Below are positions 32,323-43,161 of a stretch of DNA of 64,000 bases, one piece after another. Each line of letters begins with the position of its first letter. Position 1 is the first letter of the stretch. The notes under the pieces are model-generated. The model searched no databases and was not told the DNA's origin. It saw only the letters and a program-made list of their open reading frames with translations. Origin of the DNA: Rebecca billardiae RCC1528 (taxonomy: Eukaryota; Protista; Haptophyta). A program made the position numbers and the translations under genes. The stretch lies in NCBI GenBank assembly GCA_965240325.2, contig OZ251239.1:1178001-1242000 (forward strand). The letters run 5' to 3'.

Positions 32323-35300
32323 GCCGTGGCACCGGGCGCGGAGGAGGGCTCGGCATTGCCAGCCGCGCGGCCGCCGCGCGCGCCGCCGCCGTACTCGTCG
32401 CCGCCGCGCGCGCCGCCGCCGCCGTCCGCGCCGCCGCCGTCCGCGCCGCCGCCGTCCGCCCACCGCCCCTGCAGCAGCTCGAGTGGCGCCTGCAGCAGCG
32501 GCGCCCATGTGCCGTTGCCGCGCGCGCGCGCGAACGCACCGTTCTCGGCACACAGCCAGAGGCGCGGCACCGCGGGAGCGAGGGGCGGCGGGGAGAGCTG
32601 CGCGTCCAGCCACGCGCGCTCGAGCTCTGCGCGGCGCGGCGCGCGCGCGCGGGGGGGCGGGCGCTCGGTCAACGGGGCGGCGGCGCGCAGGCCACAGCGT
32701 CGGGAGCTCGGCGCACGGCTCAGGAGGGTTAGGGTTAGGGTTAGGGTTGTGGTTGTGAGGGCGCGCGGGCCAGGGAGCGCGCTCACCAGAGACGACCACC
32801 ACCGTGTTGCGCGGGTCTGACGCGAGCCTGTGCAGCAGGCGCCGCGCGCCGCCGTCGAGCGGGTGGATGAACGCGGCCGCTGGCGAGCCCGCCGCCGCGC
32901 CCGCGCCGCCGCCGCCGTCCGCGCCGCCGCCGCCGCCGCCGCCGTCCGCGCCACGCGGCGGTCCGTCTTGCTGCGCGGCGCGCGCCGCCGCGGCCGCGGC
33001 GGCCGCGGCCGCGCGCACCTGCGTGCTCGGCGGCGCGAGCACGCCGCGCACGCCGAGCACGACGAGCCGCCGGCGCGCGCGGCCGTACGCGCGCGCCACC
33101 GCCCGCCCATCCATGGGCGGAGGCACCGAGTGCGGCGCGCGCGCCTCGACCGCCGCTCTTGCAGACGCGCCCGCCGGGTCCTCTGCGTCGGCGAACGCCG
33201 CTTCGGCCGCGGCCTCCGCGCCGCGCAGCCAGCCGCCCGACGCGGCGCCGAGCGCCAGCGCGCCCGCGCCGCCGCCGAGCGGCGCACCCGCCGCGCCCGC
33301 GCCGCGCCCCTCGGCCACGCCCTCGCCGTCGCGCGGGCTCGCGGCCAGCGCGGTCACGAACCGCTCCGCCCACGCCTGGGCGGTGTGCTTGGTGACGTAG
33401 GCGTATGCGTAGCCGTGGAGCTCGGCGCGCTCCTCGGGCGCCATCGTGAGCGCCTCGCTGATCGCGCGCACCACGTCCCCCGGGTCGTACGGGTTCACCA
33501 GCAGCGCGCCCGCGCCCAGCGCCTGCGCCGCGCCCGCAAACTCAGACAGAATCAGCACCCCCTTGTCGCGGTCGGAGGAGCCGTGCTGGCACGCGACGTA
33601 CTCGAACGAGACGAGGTTCATGCCGTCGCGGAGGGAGGTGACGAGCGCCGCGCTCGAGATGCAGTACAGCGCGCACAGCTCCTCGAACCCCACCGAGCGG
33701 TCGAGGTAGTGAATCGCCGCGCACTCGAGCGAGCCGAACCGGCCGTTGATCCGGCCGACAAGCGCGTGAACTGACGCCTGCAGCTGCTGATAGGAGGGAA
33801 CGTCCGCGCGCGACGGGATCGCTATCTGGAGCAGCACGACGCGGTCGCGCCACTCGCGCCGCGCCTCGAGGAAGCGCTCCCACGCGAGCAGCTTCTGCGG
33901 CAGCCCCTTGATGTGGTCCAGCCGGTCGATCCCCAGCAGCACCTTCCGGCCTGCGAACCGGCGCTGCAGGTCGATGATTCGATCCTTGACCGCAGACGAG
34001 CGCAGCGCCGACTCGAAGCGCTCCGGGTCGATGCCGATGGGGTACGTGTCGACCGAGACGGTGCGCGGCGGCGGGAGCCCGCCGGCCGGCGGCGCGCCCA
34101 GCGCCGGCGGCGGCGGCGGCAGCCGCCGCGCCGGCGGTTGAGCGAGCCCCGCCCTACGCGCGCGCGCGGACGCGCGCCGAGCCGCCGCCGCGAGCGGCGT
34201 GACTAGTGCGAGGCTGTCGGCATCGCAGCCGTCGTCGGCGTCGGCGTCGGCGTCGAGATCGTCGGCGTCGGCGTCGACGTCGGCGGGGATCAGGCCGAGC
34301 TCGCCCACGTCCGACACCTCGCCGTCGTCCTCGAACGCCCCGGCCGGCCGCGGGCCCTCCGCCCCCTCCTCCTCCTCCGCCTCCTCCGCCTCCTCCGCCT
34401 CCTCCGCCTCCTCCGCCTCCTCCTCCGCCGTGCCGGCGCGGCGCGGCGCGCGCGGCGGCGGCGCCGTGTCGGGCATGGCGGCGGCGACCTCCGCCACGAG
34501 CTGCATCAGCTCATCGTGCTCCTGCGCGCGCGGCGAGTAGAGCACGCGGTGCGTGTCCGCGCTCAGCCGCACCTGCCGACCGAGCACGGACGTGCACGCC
34601 TGCAGAAAGTGGCGCGCGTAGTCGTGGGTCTGAAAACCGATCGCGTCGGCGCCGAGCACGCCCGCGAGGAGCTCGCGGCGCATGGGCAGCGTGCGGAAGA
34701 CCTCGCTCGCGGGGAACGGCGTGTGCAGGAACCACCCGATCCGCGTGCCGCGCGGCGCGCGCGCGCGCAGCAGCGCGGGCACGAGCATGAGGTGGAAGTC
34801 ATGGATCCAGATACAATCTCCCGGCCGGAGCTCGCGCAGCACCGCGTCTGCGAACCGGATGTTGGCGGCGACGTACGCGCGCCACTGCGCGTCGTCGAAG
34901 GTGGTGTGGTCCACCATCGACGTGAGCATGTAGTGCAGCAGCGGCCACAGCACGCCGTTGCAGAAGCCGACGTAGTACCCAGCCTGCTCGGCGCGGGTGA
35001 GTAAAACGGGTACGCACGCGCGCTCGGCGCACGCCGCGTCGAGCTCGGCCGCGTCGGCGCGCGTGTCGGCGTCGACGCCGGGCCAGCCGATCCAGCGCAT
35101 GCTCAGGTGCTGCACGCCCTTCAGCGCGGACACCAGCCCGCCCGCCGACTCGCGCACCGCGTACGCGCCCGCGCGCGCGCCCGCCGCCGACGCCGACGGC
35201 CGCGCGCCGCCGCCGACGCGCCGGTCTGCGGCAGCGCCGCCGCCGCCCATCGGCCCCGCCGCCGCCGAGCCGGCGGCGCCGGCCCAGTCGGCCTCGTCGG

Positions 35301-35766
35301 CCTCGCCCGCCGTGCCTGCCGCGCGCGTGAGCGAGATCGGCAGCCGGTTCGCCACGACGAGGATGCGAGGCATTTTCTCGGCCAGCTGCAGGCGCTCCAG
35401 CTGCAGCAGCGCGCGGCGCGTGCGCTCGAGCGCGAGCTCGCGCGCGAGCGCGCCGAGGCGCGAGTCGTGCCACGAGGCGAGGCGGGGCTCGGCGTCCACC
35501 GCGCCCGGCTCCGAGAGCGAGAGCGCGCCCAGCTCGGGCGCCCACCGGTCGATCGCCTTGCGCGCGCCGTCCGGTCGCGCCGCGAGCCGCGCGAGCATGC
35601 GCGACGGCGTGTCGCGCACCGGCGGCGGCGGCGGCGGCGGCGGCGGGACGAGCGGCGCAGACGGCCCGTCGCGCGCCGCGCGGCGCGCCGGCGCCGGCGC
35701 CGCTGCGAGCAGCACGAGCGCCAGCAGATGCCGCACGGTGCGGCCGCGCGACGCCGTGACCGCCAT
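28894..35766 (-). CDS. Trehalose-6-phosphate synthase (GT20) fused to two HAD trehalose-phosphatase domains
   Basis: TPS motifs VVANRLP, SAGGLVSAL, GFCNGVLWPLLHY, WIHDFHL, GWFLHTPFP, GIDRLDHIKGLPQK, SLRDGMNLVSFE, LSEFAGA. TPP-1: VLGVRGVL, VVVVS, LCAENGAF, ERTPGS, WHY, GVSKG. TPP-2: LDYDGTL, IVSGRT, GEHG, RTPGT, WHYR, QKG, GDDRTDESMF. Introns predicted at ~32627-32786, 31656-31847 and 30009-30184. Confidence 0.92.
32725..32748 (+). repeat. Four telomeric units (AGGGTT)4 inside the first predicted TPS intron
   Basis: AGGGTT x4 followed by degenerate GTGGTT. Confidence 0.9.
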
Positions 35767-35927
35767 TGCTGCGCCACGGGCCGTGTGATGACTGGATGAC
35801 GACTCGCCAGAATCGCGACGACGGCGCCGCTGGGACACTCGACACTACCAGAATGTACAATTCGACTGTGCGTCTCTTATTAAGGTACAACTCGACAGTA
35901 CTGTGCGTCTCTTATTCTTAGTAAACT

Positions 35928-36538
35928 GTATGGAGCGCTCGTTGGAACTTGACGCCGGTTTGGCGCCCGCGCGGCGAGGGCGACGACGGGCGTACACGGG
36001 GCCTGCGGCGGCGGGAAGCGCGCGGGCGCGGCCGAGAACGGCACGGTCCGGACGCCTCTCGCCAGCCGCGGACGCGCACCGCGCCTCCTCCTCGCACGCT
36101 GCTAACTTGATCCGGGTTAAACGGTGGTTTTGCTGCCGACCAGCTCAAGTTCCACGGCTGGTCAAGGTTCGGCTTGCGACCTCGCCGCTGGTGCTTGCAA
36201 GAAGGTACACGAGTTAGTCGAACTCCCACGCACCCGTTCTGCGCTCGTCGACGCCCTCTGAAGGTGACTCGGGGTGCATGCGGGGCAGTGGAATGCAGTG
36301 GTTCGGCGTTGCCTCTCAGTCGTCCAGCGCGCAGGCCATGTAGCGCGGGTGTGGTGCGCGCATGGCCCGGTAATTCGGTCGCGGCATGTCTGTCTGGGCT
36401 GCCCAAGGCCTGCCGCACCGCGAAGCGAGCGCTCAGGAGCGTGTGCCGACCGTGCCAGCCCCGCCGAGATGGGGCACTTCGCTGGGAAATGCGGTGTCAA
36501 GTTCCACCCCCGCTCAAGTTCCAACGAGCGCTCCATAC
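35928..36538. mobile_element. MITE of ~610 bp with 25-bp perfect inverted ends; TA (or AT) target duplication
   Basis: GTATGGAGCGCTCGTTGGAACTTGA (35928-35952) is the exact reverse complement of 36514-36538. Internal TCAAGTTCCA copies near 36145 and 36497. Confidence 0.85.
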
Positions 36539-37771
36539 TCCCACATTGCTCGAGCAGCCCTCGCTCGCTCGCAGCGTGCCAAACAACAAAGCACAGGGTC
36601 TAGACGTCTAGTCCGCCGGTACCTACGCGAGGCCGTAGTTGTGAAGTGCGCCCTTTTGATTCAATATGCGGGCCTGCCTGCCTTGAAGAGCGGTCCTGGT
36701 GGGCCAGCGGGGAGGAGCTGCGGGGGGGGGGGGCGGGGGGGGGGGGGGGGCGTGCCGTGACGCAATCATGCGTCTCCGACTCTCCTCCTCAATCAACGAG
36801 CGCAGCCCTCGGTCCAGGTGGTCGACCGAGGCTCATTCTAAGCCATCTAGCACGCCCCCGTGTTGCCACCTCTCCCGCGCGCAGGCGCTGGCACGTGCGC
36901 GAGCTCCCAGCGCTTCTCGTCGGCATGGGCGGCTCGGCGCACTATGAATTCAGAATGCGGGTGTGAGACGGCGAGAGGCACTTGCGATGCGCCGAGCGGC
37001 AAGTTTACAAGTAGGCGGTTAGAGCGGCCGTGCAGGGGCGTGGCCGCATGCCCCAGCGCACGCGTCGTGCTCAGGTGCCCTGCTCACTCCGCACTCGCGC
37101 TGTGTTCGCGCAGCTCAAGCACTGTGCCTCGCTTCCGCAGTTCCCCGGGCATTACCGCCAGTATGGCTTGGCTCGGTGCCGACTAACCGTGCGCGCGTCG
37201 GACACGTGCGATGCGCCGAGCGTCAGGTAAACGGTCGGCCGGTGGTGTCGGGGCGTGGCCGCATCATCCCGCGCGCGCGTCGCGCTCACCGGCGCCTGCT
37301 TGCTGCTGTCCCTGTGTCAGTGCGCTGCGTCAGCGCGCTGCGTGAGTCAGTCCATTTGATCAGTTCGTTCGCCGATTCCTCGCGTCTCGAAGCCTCGAAA
37401 AGCGCATCGCGGAAAATGCGAAGTGCGTGTGTGGACCCTGAGCCCGCAAAATAACATACTCTCACTTGTATCGGAAGGAGTCGTGCCCTTGTGATTGGCC
37501 CGTCTGCACCCGTCGAGGTCGCCGGTGGGCGGGAGATCCCGAGGAAATTGATTGATTTCATGAATCAATACCTGGGGATTCCTAAGAATCCCATCCATCC
37601 AAAATGATTGCAAGTACACTTCCCATCAAAACCCCGCCACGAAGCGGCAGCTTCACGCGGCAGCAACCGCCCTTGATCAACATCAGACGGCGCACCCGCC
37701 CTCGCGGTGCTGGCTCCGCGGGGCGGGAACCGGGTACGTACGCCTCGCCACCGCGTGGAGGCTCGCCCGCC

Positions 37772-40195
37772 ATGTGGCGGGCGGGCGGTGCGACGACCTC
37801 GGCCGTCGAGATCAGCGCCGCGCTCGAAGCCTCGCTCAGCGCCGCGCGCTTCGTGCCCAACCGCGCCGCCCGCCGCTACGCCGTGCCCATCCTCGCGGGC
37901 ATGGCCGCGATGTTCGTCACGTACGTTGTCGACTCGGCCGTGACCGCGCGCGCGCGCGGCGTGCCGCTGGCGCAAGCGGCTATGGTGGACGACGGGCTGC
38001 ACATGCGTTTGCAGCTGTACCGCATCGTCGCGTTCGGCTCGCCTCCGCTCGCCGCCACGCTCCTGCCGCCCTCGCACCGCTTCATCGTGCGCATCCGGCT
38101 GCTCGCGGCGCTGGTCGCCATCACCGTCGCCGCCCGCACCTCGTTACGCCTGAACAGCGGGCGGCTCGGGGACGTCTTTCCGATCGCAGCCGTGTGCACC
38201 GATGCGCTCAGCGGGCTCCTCCTCCTCGCCTCCCTCGTCTCGAGCTGGCACCGGCCGCGGCAGCTTCTCCAGAGATTCTTTGCCGCCTATGGCGCTTCTG
38301 TTGGACTGGCGTGTACGCGCCTGGAGGCGCAGCTGGTGCTCAACCAGATGGCTCCGGAGCTGGCGATCGCGCTGGGCGATGATCCAAGCACCGTGCTGCG
38401 CAGCATGCCTTTCAGTCACGTCAGCGGCGCCATCGGCCTGCTCATCTCGGCCGCGTGCGTGCTGCCGCCCATCCGCAACCGGCTGATAGCTGCTCTTACG
38501 CACGGCACGCGAACGCCCAGCGCGCTCGCCGGGCTGGCGCCGCTGCTCGGCTTCGGCCTCGGGCTGGAGCTGGAGCCGCAGGAGCTCGTGGTGAGGACGC
38601 TCTCGCGCGCGCGCACGCACGTGCTCACCGACGTCACCACCGCCGGCCTCTTCGCGCCGAGCATCGCGCAAGCCGTCGCGACTGCTCAGGCGTTGCTCTT
38701 CCGAGGCGCGCCGCGCGACAGCTGCTGTGCCGACGGTGCGAGCACGCACGCGGGCGCGGCGTGTGGCGGGGCGAGTGGGCCGGCTGCCATGCCCCCCGCC
38801 GTGGCCACCACCTTGCCCAGCTTCGCCAAAACCTTCGCCGAGGCATCGCCCTCGCTCCGCCGCCCCGGGGGCGCCGCGTGCTCGCTCGCGCGCAGTGCGG
38901 CACCACCTGTTCACAGCTTGGCGCCATTCCGGCGCGCGGGCGGCGACGGCGGCGGCGAGGGCGGCGGCGAGGGCGGCGGCGAGGGCGGCGGCGAGGGCGG
39001 CGGCGACCAGTCGCGCGTGCCCGCCGATGACGCGCCTGATGGCGACACGCCGGCACGGCCGCAGCCGCCCGCGTCGGCAGGGCTGGCGCCCGCCTCTGCG
39101 CCCTCCGATCACGAGGGCGAGGGCGAGGGCGAGGGCGAGGGCGAGGGCAAGGGCGAGGGCGCGCGCAGCGCCGCAGGGGCGGACACGTCTCAGCAGGCCG
39201 CGCTCGCGCCGCCGGCGCCGCCGACCGTCCGCCCGTCGCGGGAGCTGCGAACGCTGCTTGCGCCGAGCATCGACGCGTACGTGCTGCACTGCACCCAGGA
39301 CTCGTCGCAGGCGTGCCGGCTTGCGCTCATCGCGTGGGCCGCCGACTTCGAGGCGCGGCACGGGCGGCGCCCCGTCGTAGTGCTCGACAGCGGCCGCCTC
39401 GACGGCGACCACGACGACGCGTTCACCAGTCGTCCGCGCGCGTCCGAGTGTGCTCCGCTCGCGAAGGGGGGCGCGGTGCACGGCGGCGACGCGGCGTACC
39501 GGCTCGCGCAGGTGCCGGTGCTCCTCGGCTGCAGCGCGCAGCTCGTGCTCATCGCCGGCCCGCGCCTGCTGCGCCTCGACATGCACACCCTCGTCGTGCT
39601 GTACGCGTGGCGCGCCCTGCACGGCGGCGTGGCGCGCGCTGACTTTGTCCCGGCCGGCACGTCGCTGCGCGAGCTGCACAGGCTGGCAACCATGCTGATG
39701 GGCGGCGTGGTCTCGGTGCAGCACGCGCCCGCGGCGCCATCGCGCGCGGAGGTACGCGCCATACTCGACGCGGCCGAGCTCGCCGGCGCGTGCAGCTTCG
39801 ACGCGGCAGTGGCCTCGTACGCGCCCAGGGTCCTCGCAGCCGTCGACGCGCTGAGGGGCGCACCCGGCGAGGGCGACGATCCTCCGAGCACGGTGCCATC
39901 GAACGAGTCGCTGTCGCCGCGCGCGCTCTTCTCGCCGCTCGGGCCGGCGGTGCGCGGGGTGCTGCGCGTCCCGAGCCTCTTCCGTGCGGGCGTGGGCGCG
40001 CTGCGCCGCGCCGGCACGCGCGCGCTCGGCAAGCACGACAAGCCAAGGCAGGTGCAACCAGCGGCAGCTGTCGGCGCGGCGGCGGGCGCGGAGGTGCAGA
40101 CGCAGCTGATGGGGCCACGGGGGCCAGGACGAGTCCTGCCACAGGCCGAGGCCGCGGGGGAGACGACGCCCGCCGGCATCGCATTGGCGGTGTGA
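37772..40195 (+). CDS. Multi-pass membrane protein with a degenerate C-terminal TIR-like domain
   Basis: About 5-6 hydrophobic segments in the N-terminal third, a low-complexity linker ((GGGE)n, (GE)n), then IDAYVLHCTQD...ALIAWAADFEARHGRRPVVVLD...VPVLLGCSAQLVLIAGP, resembling the TIR_2 pattern DaFlSHsw.D...WlD...S..LvvlagP..RlWC.E. Confidence 0.65.
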   Translation: MWRAGGATTSAVEISAALEASLSAARFVPNRAARRYAVPILAGMAAMFVTYVVDSAVTARARGVPLAQAAMVDDGLHMRLQLYRIVAFGSPPLAATLLPPSHRFIVRIRLLAALVAITVAARTSLRLNSGRLGDVFPIAAVCTDALSGLLLLASLVSSWHRPRQLLQRFFAAYGASVGLACTRLEAQLVLNQMAPELAIALGDDPSTVLRSMPFSHVSGAIGLLISAACVLPPIRNRLIAALTHGTRTPSALAGLAPLLGFGLGLELEPQELVVRTLSRARTHVLTDVTTAGLFAPSIAQAVATAQALLFRGAPRDSCCADGASTHAGAACGGASGPAAMPPAVATTLPSFAKTFAEASPSLRRPGGAACSLARSAAPPVHSLAPFRRAGGDGGGEGGGEGGGEGGGEGGGDQSRVPADDAPDGDTPARPQPPASAGLAPASAPSDHEGEGEGEGEGEGKGEGARSAAGADTSQQAALAPPAPPTVRPSRELRTLLAPSIDAYVLHCTQDSSQACRLALIAWAADFEARHGRRPVVVLDSGRLDGDHDDAFTSRPRASECAPLAKGGAVHGGDAAYRLAQVPVLLGCSAQLVLIAGPRLLRLDMHTLVVLYAWRALHGGVARADFVPAGTSLRELHRLATMLMGGVVSVQHAPAAPSRAEVRAILDAAELAGACSFDAAVASYAPRVLAAVDALRGAPGEGDDPPSTVPSNESLSPRALFSPLGPAVRGVLRVPSLFRAGVGALRRAGTRALGKHDKPRQVQPAAAVGAAAGAEVQTQLMGPRGPGRVLPQAEAAGETTPAGIALAV

Positions 40196-40461
40196 GGCCT
40201 AAGACTGTACGCGCGCGCCCCTCACCAGCCGGCTGCCGAGGAGCGACGACGTGATGGCAGAAAATGCGAGAGGAGTACCCGTCGCATCAGCCACTTCTCG
40301 TATCTCTTTGTTGGCCGAAGATACGCTAGCGTCCTTCCGACCACAAAATCGCGGAAAACGCCGCAATCGCTTGGTTTTCAGACCTCGGCCCCAGCGGCAA
40401 AGCAGTCGGATCCCCAAACACTACCTTTTGCCTGGTTCTGAAACCTTTCCGGACCGCCAAA

Positions 40462-40632
40462 CCTAACCCTAACCCTAACCCTAACCCTAACCCTAACCCT
40501 AACCCTAACCCTAACCCTAACCCTAACCCTAACCCTAACCCTAACCCTAACCCCTAACCCTAACCCTAACCCTAACCCTAACCCTAACCCTAACCCTAAC
40601 CCTAACCCTAACCCTAACCCTAACCCTAACCC
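40462..40632 (+). repeat. (CCCTAA)n telomere-type tract, about 28 units, running into the gap
   Basis: Direct reading; one CCCCTAA variant near 40550. Confidence 0.98.
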
Positions 40633-40832
40633 NNNNNNNNNNNNNNNNNNNNNNNNNNNNNNNNNNNNNNNNNNNNNNNNNNNNNNNNNNNNNNNNNNNN
40701 NNNNNNNNNNNNNNNNNNNNNNNNNNNNNNNNNNNNNNNNNNNNNNNNNNNNNNNNNNNNNNNNNNNNNNNNNNNNNNNNNNNNNNNNNNNNNNNNNNNN
40801 NNNNNNNNNNNNNNNNNNNNNNNNNNNNNNNN
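40633..40832. other. Assembly gap (200 N)
   Basis: Run of N; the round size suggests a placeholder. Confidence 0.99.
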
Positions 40833-42074
40833 AACACATGGCTGACCATTTATTCACAACCAGAATGTTTGGGCGTTCGACGTACCTTGCAGTACGCTGA
40901 GATACCCCCGCGCCGTTCTAGATTCCCGAGATTGTGGGAGATGCCTACTCACTATTCGAAGCCGTCTCATGTTTTGATGCGATTGTGTGCGGGAGAACGC
41001 GGGGGTGCCGTGAAACTTCAAACCAAGCACGGCAAGCGGGTACGGTGTGCGCCTCCGGACCTCAAGGGCGGGCTCGGGCGCTTTCAGCGCCCGAGCCTTT
41101 CGGCGTCCGAAACATTTCAGGATCCGAATTCAACGTCACACAACTGCGTTCAGCGACCTCGAAAACCTTGGGACCCGCTCGGGTTTGGGCGTCAGGTGCC
41201 GCAGGCGACCGTCCGACCGCCGGAACCGTCCAAAAGTCGAAGGACGCTAGCGTATCTTCCTTTCACCTTTTGAGGGTGCCGGTAGTACGCTAGCGCCGGC
41301 TATGTTCGAGACCTCAGAGGCTAAGACTTCAGCCAGAGGTGCCCCAGGAGGTGCCCAACATGATTGACTTAATGGGCAGCAAGCGCCGCGCACGTCAGAG
41401 AGCTCCACGACTGACGTTTTGAGAGACACGCTCAGGCTCAGCGACGCGCGGCGCGGGCTCGTCGTCGGACGACCAACAGCACTGAGGGGTCACTGCGACA
41501 GCACACAGGGCGGGCTAGTCGGCGGGACGTGCGGCATTCGCGACTCCATCAACCGTTGACGAGCGCGCGGTGGCAGCGGCGCGCTGGTCGCACCTGCAAC
41601 GCCCTGCTCAGGCACCGCGGCCACCGCGCTGCTGGCTACGCCCACGGCTCGCGCCGCAGCGGCCGCGCATAGCTTGCACTGGCGCAATTGGCGTGGCGTG
41701 CGGCAGCGCGGTGGCACTCGGGGCGATGCCGTTGACAATGATAAATTGCTCCATCGCCACAGCCCGCTCGAAGCCCTGCGCCGCGCCGCTTTCCTCCGCC
41801 TCACGCCGCGCAGCGCCGCAGTCATCCAAATCACGACCGTCGTCGAGCGCGGTCGCCTCTGGAGGGCCGTCGTCGGCATCAGAAGAGAAGGTCTCGTCAT
41901 GTGAGTTGTCATTGAGGTCCCAGGCATCAATCGCGCCCGCGGCCGCCCTCGCGCGCGCCCCCTACGCGCCGTCAGAGCTCACGCGCGCCGGGGCGCCATC
42001 GAAGATACGCTAGCGTATCTTCCCCGCGGCCAACAAAGAGATACCCCGGAACCTCCTGCAGTTTATCATAGCCG

Positions 42075-43161
42075 CAAGGGTGGTCAGGGTCGCCGACTCC
42101 AGCGGAGGCCGGCGCCGGAGGTTCACTCCCAGATTTTTGCAGCGGAGCGGCGCGCGGGGCCGCCGCCGCTGTGGCGGGCCGCCCGGGGCGTGCACGGCGT
42201 GGGCTCGTGCGGCCGCTGCCGCGCACGCCGAGCGATCTGGCGCGGGCTCGCGGCTTGTTGATGGCCTCACGCGCCGCAGCGTGCCGCGCGCCTTGCCTGG
42301 CTTCGCCGTTCTCGCGCCTCGGCCACCGTGCACGCATGCGACGCCAAACCGCAAGCTCGGCATATCTCTGAGCCGAGCGTGCAGGCGCCTTGCGCGACGC
42401 GACGCGGGCATTGCCGCCGGGCGATGTAGTCGTAGTGTGAGCACGCGCCGTGAAGCCTCAGCGCGGATCGAGAGCAATGAAATGATGCTGCTTACGCGCG
42501 TGGAGGCGTCTGTTCGCTGACCACCGATGAAAGCTTGACGACTGACTCTCTTGCCGGGGCAATCGTCCCGTCGCATCGTCACGCAAGGCCCACACGCACG
42601 TCGTGATGACGTAGGTCTTCTTGGCTATAGCGCTCGACTAGTCTTCACGAGTCTCAGCGTCGGGATCGCCCTTCGTTGAACGGACATGCCCATCGGAGGT
42701 TGGTGCGTCAGCAGTTTGAGTTCGGTCGACAGCTGACCGAGGCGTCAAAGGCGCTCTCGAGCTGCGCCGAGGTTTCACGGCGCGCGCTCACACTACGACT
42801 ACATCGTCCGGCGGCAATGTCCGCGTCGCGTCGCACAAGGCACGCGCACGCTCTGTAGCTTTGCTGAGCGGCACGCCGAGGCCGTGCTTTGGGGCCGCGA
42901 ACGTGCACAGCGGCCGAGGCGCGAGAACGGCGAAGCCAGGCAAGGCGCGCGGCACGCTGCGGCGCGCGAGGCCATCAACAAGCCGCGAGCCCGCGCCAGA
43001 TCGCTCGGCGTGCGCGGCAGCGGCCGCACGAGCCCACGCCGTGCACGCCCCGGGCGGCCCGCCACAGCGGCGGCGGCCCCGCGCGCCGCTCCGCTGCAAA
43101 AATCTGGGAGTGAACCTCCGGCGCCGGACTCCGCTGGAGTCGGCGACCCTGACCACCCTTG
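42075..43161. mobile_element. Foldback-type element with ~400-bp TIRs, CAAGGG...CCCTTG ends and 7-bp TSD (P/Galileo-like structure)
   Basis: 42075-~42475 is the reverse complement of ~42751-43161, near identical over the outer ~250 bp. ATAGCCG at 42068-42074 and 43162-43168. Confidence 0.9.

Larger units (their letters stand above)
40300..42044. mobile_element. Composite inverted-repeat element spanning the telomeric tract and scaffold gap
   Basis: Outer IR GTATCTCTTTGTTGGCCG (40300-40317) / 42027-42044. Inner IR GAAGATACGCTAGCGTCCTTC (40317-40337) / 41239-41259. Perfect 22-bp palindrome GAAGATACGCTAGCGTATCTTC at 42001-42022. Confidence 0.7.

Noticed and set aside
40462-40632. True chromosome end
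   Set aside because: Wrong strand polarity for a right end, and matching inverted repeats lie on both sides of the gap.
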